Shown here piece after piece: positions 52,910 through 64,000 of a stretch of 64,000 nt of DNA (within the stretch, counting starts at the first letter, position 1; each line of letters starts with the position of its first letter). The notes below the pieces were generated by a model, which did not search any database, was not told the origin of the DNA, and saw nothing but the letters and a program-made list of their open reading frames with translations. The translations under genes and the position numbers were made by a program. The stretch comes from Eledone cirrhosa (Eukaryota), in contig CAXHJY010001389.1 in the NCBI GenBank assembly GCA_964016885.1, positions 62,001 to 126,000 on the forward strand. The letters run 5' to 3'.

Positions 52910-52989
52910 CTATTATAAACAAATACGTAGCTGTCATGAGGATAACAGATGTAATACAGATGACGAATATTATGAATTTCTAGAGTGTG
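52910..52989 (+). CDS. Exon G (phase 2 to 1): (S)YYKQIRSCHEDNRCNTDDEYYEFLEC
   Basis: Acceptor ttttctctttctAG, donor GTAAGC, 80 nt, open frame. Confidence 0.85.
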
Positions 52990-53016
52990 GTAAGCAATTG
53001 ATTTCTTCTTATGCAA

Positions 53017-56000
53017 CTGTAGCCTATCTCTACTGTCCAGTGTACATCTGTAGCCTATCTCTACTGTCTAGTGTACATCTGTAGCCTCTCTCTACTGTCC
53101 AGTGTACATCTGTAGCCTGTCTCTACTGTCTAGTGTACATATGTAGCCTCTCTCTACTGTCCAGTGTACATCTGTAGCCTGTCTCTACTGTCTAGTGTAC
53201 ATCTGTAGCCTCTCTCTACTGTCTAGTGTACATATGTAGCCTCTCTCTACTGTCCAGTGTACATCTGTAGCCTTCTAGTGTACATTTGTAGCCTATCTCT
53301 ACTGTCCAGTGTACATCTGTAGCCTGTCTCTACTGTCTAGTGTACATCTGTAGCCTCTCTCTACTGTCCAGTGTACATCTGTAGCCTATCTCTACTGTCC
53401 AGTGTACATCTGTAGCCTCTCTCTACTGTCCAGTGTACATCTGTAGCCTATCTCTACTGTCTAGTGTACATCTGTAGCCTCTTTCTACTGTCCAGTGTAC
53501 ATCTGTAGCCTATCTCTACTGTCTAGTGTACATCTGTAGCCTATCTTTACTGTCCAGTGTACATCTGTAGCCTATCTCTACTGTCTAGTGTACATCTGTA
53601 GCCTATCTTTACTGTCCAGTGTACATCTGTAGCCTATCTCTACTGTCCAGTGTACATCTGTAGCCTATCTCTACTGTCTAGTGTACATCTGTAGCCTCTC
53701 TCTACTGTCCAGTGTACATCTGTAGCCTTCCAGTGTACATCTGTAGCCTATCTCTACTGTCCAGTGTACATCTGTAGCCTATCTTTACTGTCCAGTGTAC
53801 ATCTGTAGCCTATCTCTACTGTCCAGTGTACATCTGTAGCCTATCTCTACTGTCCAGTGTACATCTGTAGCCTATCTTTACTGTCCAGTGTACATCTGTA
53901 GCCTATCTCTACTGTCCAGTGTACATCTGTAGCCTCTCTCTACTGTCCAGTGTACATCTGTAGCCTATCTCTACTGTCTAGTGTACATCTGTAGCCTCTC
54001 TTTACTGTCCAGTGTACATCTGTAGCCTCTCTCTACTGTCCAGTGTACATCTGTAGCCTATCTTTACTGTCCAGTGTACATCTGTAGCCTCTCTCTACTG
54101 TACAGTGTACATCTGTAGCCTATCTTTACTGTCCAGTGTACATCTGTAGCCTATCTCTACTGTCCAGTGTACATCTGTAGCCTCTCTCTACTGTCCAGTG
54201 TACATCTGTAGCCTATCTCTACTGTCTAGTGGACATCTGTAGCCTATTTCTACTGTCCAGTGTACATCTGTAGCCTCTCTCTACTGTCCAGTGTACATCT
54301 GTAGCCTCTCTCTACTGTCCAGTGTACATCTGTAGCCTATCTCTACTGTCCAGTGTACATCTGTATCATCTCTCTACTGTCCAGTGTACATCTGTAGCCT
54401 ATCTCTACTGTCTAGTGTACATCTGTAGCATCTCTCTACTGTCCAGTGTACATCTGTAGCCTATCTCTACTGTCCAGTGTACATCTGTAGCCTCTCTCTA
54501 TTGTCCAGTGTACATCTGTAGCCTCTCTCTACTGTCCAGTGTACATCTGTAGCTTCTCTCTACTGTCCAGTGTACATCTGTAGCCTGTCTCTACTGTCCA
54601 GTGTACATCTGTAGCTTCTCTCTACTGTCCAGTGTACATCTGTAGCCTATCTCTACTGTACAGTGTACATCTGTAGCCTATCTCTACTGTCCAGTGTACA
54701 TCTGTAGCCTATCTTTACTGTCCAGTGTACATCTGTAGCTTCTCTCTACTGTCCAGTGTACATCTGTAGCCTATGTATACTGTCCAGTGTACATCTGTAG
54801 CCTGTCTCTACTGTCCAGTGTACATCTGTAGCCTGTCTCTACTGTCCAGTGTACATCTGTAGCCTCTCTCTACTGTCCAGTGTACATCTGTAGCCTCTCT
54901 CTACTGTCCAGTGTACATCTGTAGCCTATCTCTACTGTCCAGTGTACATCTGTAGCCTATCCATACTGTCCAGTGTACATCTGTAGCCTCTCTCTACTGC
55001 CAAATGTACATCTGTAGCCTATCTCTACTGTCTAGTGTACATCTGTAGCCTATCTTTACTGTCCAATGTACATCTGTACCCTATCTCTACTGTCTAGTGT
55101 ACATCTGTAGCCTATCTTTACTGTCCAGTGTACATCTGTAGCCTCTCTCTACTGTCCAGTGTACATCTGTAGCCTTCCAGTGTACATTTGTAGCCTATCT
55201 CTACTGTCCAGTGTACATCTGTAGCCTATCTTTACTGTCCAGTGTACATCTGTAGCCTATCTCTACTGTCCAGTGTACATCTGTAGCCTATCTCTACTGT
55301 CTAGTGTACATCTGTAGCCTATCTTTACTGTCCAGTGTACATCTGTAGCCTATCTCTACTGTCCAGTGTACATCTGTAGCCTATCTCTACTGTCCAGTGT
55401 ACATCTGTAGCCTCTCTTTACTGTCCAGTGTACATCTGTAGCCTCTCTCTACTGTACAGTGTACATCTGTATCCTTCCAGTGTACATCTGTAGCCTATCT
55501 CTACTGTCCAGTGTACATCTGTAGCCTATCTTTACTGTCCAGTGTACATCTGTAGCCTATCTCTACTGTCTAGTGTACATCTGTAGCCTATCTTTACTGT
55601 CCAGTGTACATTTGTAGCCTCTCTTTACTGTCCAGTGTACATCTGTAGCCTCTCTCTACTGTACAGTGTACATCTGTAGCCTATCTTTACTGTCCAGTGT
55701 ACATCTGTAGCCTCTCTCTACTGTCCAGTGTACATCTGTAGCCTATCTCTACTGTCTAGTGTACATCTGTAGCCCATCTCTACTGTCTAGTGTACATCTG
55801 TAGCCTATCTCTACTGTCCAGTGTACATCTGTAGCCTCTCTCTACTGTCCAGTGTACATCTGTAGCCTCTCTCTACTGTCCAGTGTACATCTGAACCAAT
55901 CTCTATTGTCCAGTGTACATCTGTAGCCTCTCTCTACTGTCCAGTGTACATCTGTAGCCTATCTCTACTGTCAAGTGTTCATCTGTAGCTTCTCTCTACT

Positions 56001-59000
56001 GTCCAGTGTACATCTGTAGCCTCTCTCTACTGTCCAGTGTACATCTGTAGCCTCGCTCTACTGTCCAGTGTACATCTGTAGCCTCTCTCTACTGTACAGT
56101 GTACATCTGTAGCCTATCTTTACTGTCCAGTGTACATCTGTAGCCTCTCTCTACTGTCCAGTGTACATCTGTAGCCTATCTCTACTGTCTAGTGTACATC
56201 TGTAGCCATTTTTCTACTGTCCAGTGTACATCTGTAGCCTCTCTCTACTGTCCAGTGTACATCTGTAGCCTCTCTCTACTGTCCAGTGTACATCTGAACC
56301 AATCTCTATTGTCCAGTGTACATCTGAACCAATCTCTATTGTCCAGTGTACATCTGTAGCCTCTCTCTACTGTCCAGTGTACATCTGTAGCCTATCTCTA
56401 CTGTCAAGTGTTCATCTGTAGCTTCTCTCTACTGTCCAGTGTACATCTGTAGCCTCTCTCTACTGTCCAGTGTACATCTGTAGCCTCGCTCTACTGTCCA
56501 GTGTACATCTGTAGCCTCTCTCTACTGTACAGTGTACATCTGTAGCCTATCTTTACTGTCCAGTGTACATCTGTAGCCTCTCTCTACTGTCCAGTGTACA
56601 TCTGTAGCCTATCTCTACTGTCTAGTGTACATCTGTAGCCATTTTTCTACTGTCCAGTGTACATCTGTAGCCTCTCTCTACTGTCCAGTGTACATCTGTA
56701 GCCTCTCTCTACTGTCCAGTGTACATCTGAACCAATCTCTATTGTCCAGTGTACATCTGTAGCCTCTCTCTACTGTCCAGTGTACATCTGTAGCCTCTCT
56801 CTACTGTCCAGTGTACATCTGTAGCCTATCTCTACTGTCTAGTGTACATCTGTAGCCTCTCTCTACTGTCCAGTGTACATCTGTAGCCTTCCAGTGTACA
56901 TTTGTAGCCTATCTCTACTGTCCAGTGTACATCTGTAGCCTAACTTTACTGTCCAGTGTACATCTGTAGCCTAACTCTACTGTCTAGTGTACATCTGTAG
57001 CCTATCTTTACTGTCCAGTGTACATCTGTAGCCTATCTCTACTGGCCAGTGTACATCGGTAGCCTATCTCTACTGTCTAGTGTACATATGTAGCCTATCT
57101 TTACTGTCCAGTGTACATCTGTAGCCTATCTCTACTGTCTAGTGTACATCTGTAGCCTATCTTTACTGTCCTGTGTACATCTGTAGCCTATCTCTACTGT
57201 CCAGTGTACATCTGTAGCCTATCTCTACTGTCTAGTGTACATCTGTAGCCTCTCTCTACTGTCCAGTGTACATCTGTAGCCTTCCAGTGTACATTTGTAG
57301 CCTCTCTCTACTGTCCAGTGTACATCTGTAGCCTATTTCTACTGTCCAGTGTACATCTGTAGCCTCTCTCTACTGTCCAGTGTACATCTGAACCAATCTC
57401 TATTGTCCAGTGTACATCTGTAGCCTCACTCTACTGTCCAGTGTACATCTGTAGCATCTCTCTACTGTCCAGTGTACATCTGTAGCCTATCTCTACTGTC
57501 CACTGTACATCTGTAGCATCTCTCTACTGTCCAGTGTACATCTGTAGCCTATCTCTACTGTCCAGTGTACATCTGTAGCCTCTCTCTATTGTCCAGTGTA
57601 CATCTGTAGCCTCTCTCTACTGTCCAGTGTACATCTGTAGCCTATCTCTACTGTCCAGTGTACATCTGTAGCCTCTCTCTACTGTCCAGTGTACATCTGT
57701 AGCCTATCTCTACTGTCCAGTGTACATCTGTAGCTTCTCTCTACTGTCCAGTGTACATCTGTAGCATCTCTCTACTGTCCAGTGTACATCTGTAGCCTAT
57801 CTCTACTTTCCAGTGTACATCTGTAGCCTATCTCTACTGTCCAGTGTACATCTGTAGCTTCTCTCTACTGTCCAGTGTACATCTGTAGCCTGTCTCTACT
57901 GTCCAGTGTACATCTGTAGCCTGTATCTACTGTCCAGTGTACATGTGTAGCTTCTCTCTACTGTCCAGTGTACATCTGTAGCCTCTCTCTACTGTCCAGT
58001 GTACATCTGTAGCCTCTCTCTACTGTCCAGTGTACATCTGTAGCCTCTCTCTACTGTCCAGTGTACATCTGTAGCCTGTCTCTACTGTCCAGTGTACATC
58101 TGTAGCTTCTCTCTACTGTCCAGTGTACATCTGTAGCCTCTCTCTACTGTCCAGTGTACATCTGTAGCTTCTCTCTACTGTCCAGTGTACATCTGTAGCC
58201 TATCTCTACTGTACAGTGTACATCTGTAGCCTATCTTTACTGTCCAGTGTACATCTGTAGCTTCTCTCTACTGTCCAGTGTACATCTGTAGCCTATCTCT
58301 ACTGTCCAGTGTACATCTGTAGCCTGTCTCTACTGTCCAGTGTACATCTGTAGCCTGTCTCTACTGTCCAGTGTACATCTGTAGCTTCTCTCTACTGTCC
58401 AGTGTACATCTGTAGCCTCTCTCTACTGTCCAGTGTACATCTGTAGCCCCTCTCTACTGTCCAGTGTACATCTGTAGCCTGTCTCTACTGTCCAGTGTAC
58501 ATCTGTAGCCTGTCTCTACTGTCCAGTGTACATCTGTAGCTTCTCTCTACTGTCCACTGTACATCTGTAGCCTCTCTCTACCGTCCAGTGTACATCTGTA
58601 GCCTATCTCTACTGTCTAGTGTACATCTGTAGCCTATCTTTACTGTCCAGTGTACATCTGTAGCCTATCTCTACTGTCCAGTGTACATCTGTAGCCTGTC
58701 TCTACTGTCTAGTGTACATCTGTAGCCTCTCTCTACTGTCCAGTGTACATCTGTAGCCTTCCAGTGTACATTTGTAGCCTATCTCTACTGTCCAGTGTAC
58801 ATCTGTAGCCTATCTTTACTGTCCAGTGTACATCTGTAGCCTATCTCTACTGTCTAGTGTACATCTGTAGCCTATCTTTACTGTCCAGTGTACATCTGTA
58901 GCCTATCTCTACTGTCCAGTGTACATCTGTAGCCTATCTCTACTGTCTAGTGTACATCTGTAGCCTATCTTTACTGTCCAGTGTACATCTGTAGCCTATC

Positions 59001-62000
59001 TCTACTGTCTAGTGCACATCTGTAGCCTATCTTTACTGTCCAGTGTACATCTGTAGCCTATCTCTACTGTCCAGTGTACATCTGTAGCCTATCTCTACTG
59101 TCTAGTGTACATCTGTAGCCTCTCTCTACTGTCCAGTGTACATCTGTAGCCTTCCAGTGTACATTTGTAGCCTATCTCTACTGTCCAGTGTACATCTGTA
59201 GCCTATCTTTACTGTCCAGTGTACATCTGTAGCCTATCTCTACTGTCCAGTGTACATCTGTAGCCTATCTCTACTGTCTAGTGTACATTTGTAGCCTATC
59301 TCTACTGTCCAGTGTACATCTGTAGCCTATCTCTACTGTCTAGTGTACATCTGTAGCCTCTCTACTGTCCAGTGTACATCTGTAGCCTTCCAGTGTACAT
59401 CTGTAGCCTATCTCTACTGTCCAGTGTACATCTGTAGCCTATCTTTACCGTCCAGTGTACATCTGTAGCCTATCTCTACTGTCCAGTGTACATCTGTAGC
59501 CTATCTTTACTGTCCAGTGTACATCTGTAGCCTCTCTCTACTGTCCAGTGTACATCTGTAGCCTATCTCTACTGTCTAGTGTACATCTGTAGCCTATCTT
59601 TACTGTCCAGTGTACATCTGTAGCCTATCTCTACTGTCCAGTGTACATCTGTAGCCTCTCTCTACTGTCCAGTGTATATCTGTAGCCTCTCTCTACTGTC
59701 CAGTGTACATCTGTTGCCTATCTCTACTGTCCAGTGTACATCTGTAGCCTCTCTCTACTGTCCAGTGTACATCTGTAGCCTATCTCTACTGTCCAGTGTA
59801 CATCTGTAGCTTCTCTCTACTGTCCAGTGTACATCTGTAGTATCTCTCTACTGTCCAGTGTACATCTGTAGCCTATCTCTACTGTCCAGTGTACATCTGT
59901 AGCCTATCTTTACTGTCCAGTGTACATCTGTAGTTTCTCTCTACTGTCCAGTGTACATCTGTAGCCTATCTCTACTGTACAGTGTACATCTGTAGCCTGT
60001 CTCTACTGTCCAGTGTACATCTGTAGCCTGCCTCTACTGTCCAGTGTACATGTGTAGCTTCTCTCTACTGTTCAGTGTACATCTGTAGCCTCTCTCTACT
60101 GTCCAGTGTACATCTGTAGCCTCTCTCTACTGTCCAGTGTACATCTGTAGCCTGTCTCTACTGTCCAGTGTACATCTGTAGCCTGTCTCTACTGTCCAGT
60201 GTACATCTGTAGCTTCTCTCTACTGTCCAGTGTACATCTGTAGCCTCTCTCTACTGTCCAGTGTACATCTGTAGCCTCTCTCTACTGTCCAGTGTACATC
60301 TGTAGCCTGTCTCTACTGTCCAGTGTTCATCTATAGCCTGTCTCTACTGTCCAGTGTACATCTGTAGCTTCTCTCTACTGTCCAGTGTACATCTGTAGCC
60401 TCTCTCTACTGTCCAGTGTACATCTGTAGCTTCTCTCTACTGTCCAGTGTACATCTGTAGCCTATCTCTACTGTACAGTGTACATCTGTAGCCTATCTTT
60501 ACTGTCCAGTGTACATCTGTAGCCTATCTCTACTGTCTAGTGTACATCTGTAGCCTATCTTTACTGTCCAGTGTACATCTGTAGCCTATCTCTACTGTCT
60601 AGTGTACATCTGTAGCCTATCTTTACTGTCCAGTGTACATCTGTAGCCTATCTCTACTGTCCAGTGTACATCTGTAGCCTATCTCTACTGTCTAGTGTAC
60701 ATCTGTAGCCTCTCTCTACTGTCCAGTGTACATCTGTAGCCTTCCAGTGTACATTTGTAGCCTATCTCTACTGTCCAGTGTACATCTGTAGCCTATCTTT
60801 ACTGTCCAGTGTACATCTGTAGCCTATCTCTACTGTCCAGTGTACATCTGTAGCCTATCTCTACTGTCTAGTGTACATCTGTAGCCTATCTCTACTGTCC
60901 AGTGTACATCTGTAGCCTATCTCTACTGTCTAGTGTACATCTGTAGCCTCTCTACTGTCCAGTGTACATCTGTAGCCTTCCAGTGTACATCTGTAGCCTA
61001 TCTCTACTGTCCAGTGTACATCTGTAGCCTATCTTTACCGTCCAGTGTACATCTGTAGCCTATCTCTACTGTCCAGTGTACATCTGTAGCCTATCTTTAC
61101 TGTCCAGTGTACATCTGTAGCCTCTCTCTACTGTCCAGTGTACATCTGTAGCCTATCTCTACTGTCTAGTGTACATCTGTAGCCTATCTTTACTGTCCAG
61201 TGTACATCTGTAGCCTATCTCTACTGTCCAGTGTACATCTGTAGCCTCTCTCTACTGTCCAGTGTATATCTGTAGCCTCTCTCTACTGTCCAGTGTACAT
61301 CTGTAGCCTATCTCTACTTTCCAGTGTACATCTGTAGCCTCTCTCTACTGTCCAGTGTACATCTGTAGCCTATCTCTACTGTCCAGTGTACATCTGTAGC
61401 TTCTCTCTACTGTCCAGTGTACATCTGTAGTATCTCTCTACTGTCCAGTGTACATCTGTAGCCTATCTCTACTGTCCAGTGTACATCTGTAGCCTATCTT
61501 TACTGTCCAGTGTACATCTGTAGCTTCTCTCTACTGTCCAGTGTACATCTGTAGCCTATCTCTACTGTACAGTGTACATCTGTAGCCTGTCTCTACTGTC
61601 CAGTGTACATCTGTAGCCTGCCTCTACTGTCCAGTGTACATGTGTAGCTTCTCCCTACTGTTCAGTGTACATCTGTAGCCTCTCTCTACTGTCCAGTGTA
61701 CATCTGTAGCCTCTCTCTACTGTCCAGTGTACATCTGTAGCCTGTCTCTACTGTCCAGTGTACATCTGTAGCCTGTCTCTACTGTCCAGTGTACATCTGT
61801 AGCTTCTCTCTACTGTCCAGTGTACATCTGTAGCCTCTCTCTACTGTCCAGTGTACATCTGTAGCCTCTCTCTACTGTCCAGTGTACATCTGTAGCCTGT
61901 CTCTACTGTCCAGTGTTCATCTATAGCCTGTCTCTACTGTCCAGTGTACATCTGTAGCTTCTCTCTACTGTCCAGTGTACATCTGTAGCCTCTCTCTACT

Positions 62001-64000
62001 GTCCAGTGTACATCTGTAGCTTCTCTCTACTGTCTAGTGTACATCTGTAGCCTATCTCTACTGTACAGTGTACATCTGTAGCCTATCTTTACTGTCCAGT
62101 GTACATCTGTAGCCTATCTCTACTGTCTAGTGTACATCTGTAGCCTATCTTTACTGTCCAGTGTACATCTGTAGCCTATCTCTACTGTCTAGTGTACATC
62201 TGTAGCCTATCTTTACTGTCCATTGTACATCTGTAGCCTATCTCTACTGGCCAGTGTACATCTGTAGCCTATCTCTACTGTCCAGTGTACATCTGTAGCC
62301 TATCTCTACTGTCTAGTGTACATCTGTAGCCTCTCTCTACTGTCCAGTGTACATCTGTAGCTTCTCTCTACTGTCCAGTGTACATTTGTAGCCTCTCTCT
62401 ACTGTCCAGTGTACATCTGTAGCCTATTTCTACTGTCCAGTGTACATCTGTAGCCTCTCTCTACTGTCCAGTGTACATCTGAACCAATCTCTATTGTCCA
62501 GTGTACATCTGTAGCCTCTCTCTACTGTCCAGTGTACATCTGTAGCCTATCTCTACTGTCCAGTGTACATCTGTAGCATCTCTCTACTGTCCAGTGTACA
62601 TCTGTAGCCTATCTCTACTGTCCACTGTACATCTGTAGCATCTCTCTACTGTCCAGTGTACATCTGTAGCCTATCTCTACTGTCCAGTGTACATCTGTAG
62701 CCTCTCTCTATTGTCCAGTGTACATCTGTAGCCTCTCTCTACTGTCCAGTGTACATCTGTAGCCTATCTCTACTGTCCAGTGTACATCTGTAGCCTCTCT
62801 CTACTGTCCAGTGTACATCTGTAGCCTATCTCTACTGTCCAGTGTACATCTGTAGCTTCTCTCTACTGTCCAGTGTACATCTGTAGCATCTCTCTACTGT
62901 CCAGTGTACATCTGTAGCCTATCTCTACTGTCCAGTGTACATCTGTAGCCTATCTCTACTGTCCAGTGTACATCTGTAGCTTCTCTCTACTGTCCAGTGT
63001 ACATCTGTAGCCTATCTCTACTGTACTGTGTACATCTGTAGCCTATCTTTACTGTCCAGTGTACATCTGTAGCTTCTCTCTACTGTCCAGTGTACATCAG
63101 TAGCTTCTCTCTACTGTCCAGTGTACATCTGTAGCCTCTCTCTACTGTCCAGTGTACATCTGTAGCCTCTCTACTGTCCAGTGTACATCTGTAGCCTGTC
63201 TCTACTGTCCAGTGTACATCTGTAGCCTGTCTCTACTGTCCAGTGTACATCTGTAGCTTCTCTCTACTGTCCAGTGTACATCTGTAGCCTCTCTCTACTG
63301 TCCAGTGTACATCTGTAGCTTCTCTCTACTGTCCAGTGTACATCTGTAGCCTATCTCTACTGTACAGTGTACATCTGTAGCCTATCTTTACTGTCCAGTG
63401 TACATCTATAGCTTCTCTCTACTGTCCAGTGTACATCTGTAGCCTATCTCTACTGTTCAGTGTACATCTGTAGCCTGTCTCTACTGTCCAGTGTACATCT
63501 GTAGCCTGTCTCTACTGTCCAGTGTACATCTGTAGCTTCTCTCTACTGTCCAGTGTACATCTGTAGCCTCTCTCTACTGTCCAGTGTACATCTGTAGCCT
63601 CTCTCTACTGTCCAGTGTACATCTGTAGCCTGTCTCTACTGTCCAGTGTACATCTGTAGCCTGTCTCTACTGTCCAGTGTACATCTGTAGCTTCTCTCTA
63701 CTGTCCAGTGTACATCTGTAGCCTCTCTCTACCGTCCAGTGTACATCTGTAGCCTATCTCTACTGTCTAGTGTACATCTGTAGCCTATCTTTACTGTCCA
63801 GTGTACATCTGTAGCCTATCTCTACTGTCCAGTGTACATCTGTAGCCTATCTCTACTGTCTAGTGTACATCTGTAGCCTCTCTCTACTGTCCAGTGTACA
63901 TCTGTAGCCTTCCAGTGTACATTTGTAGCCTATCTCTACTGTCCAGTGTACATCTGTAGCCTATCTTTACTGTCCAGTGTACATCTGTAGCCTATCTCTA
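53017..64000. repeat. 31-bp minisatellite array (CTGTAGCCTATCTCTACTGTCCAGTGTACAT), ~11 kb, about 350 units, continues past the window end
   Basis: Period 31 read directly (53041 to 53072); 21-bp deletion variants and higher-order duplications present. Confidence 0.97.

Noticed and set aside
31157-64000. 29-, 52- and 31-bp arrays as CRISPR arrays
   Set aside because: Units are directly head-to-tail with no unique spacers, there are no cas genes, and the context is eukaryotic.

Overview
AT-rich animal (eukaryotic) genomic DNA. The RTE LINEs with (GAT)n tails, tRNA-derived SINEs and very long (TA)n tracts look cephalopod/octopus-like, but that is an inference. Positions 1-26.4 kb are almost entirely retroelements nested in (TA)n microsatellites: several RTE-clade LINEs carrying a PHD-type finger, one CR1-group LINE, a GIY-YIG Penelope fragment with an inverted terminal repeat, and an apparently intact Naiad-type Penelope-like element (RT + GIY-YIG ORF). 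That element is flanked by ~3.65-kb direct repeats that are largely microsatellite and each hold a hammerhead ribozyme motif. Reading the non-coding DNA by hand gives nine hammerhead motifs in six different sequence contexts, two of which use the compensated U3-A8 core. From 27 to 53 kb, seven short exons with compatible splice phases (27195-52989, + strand), which the ORF track does not assemble, encode a protein made of tandem two-exon, six-cysteine modules. Its introns hold a 7.7-kb 29-bp minisatellite interrupted by a GC-rich CRE-like retrotransposon fragment, a 52-bp minisatellite, SINEs, MITEs, Helitron-like pieces and an 11-kb 31-bp minisatellite that runs off the window end. All family calls come from motif recognition, not database searches.
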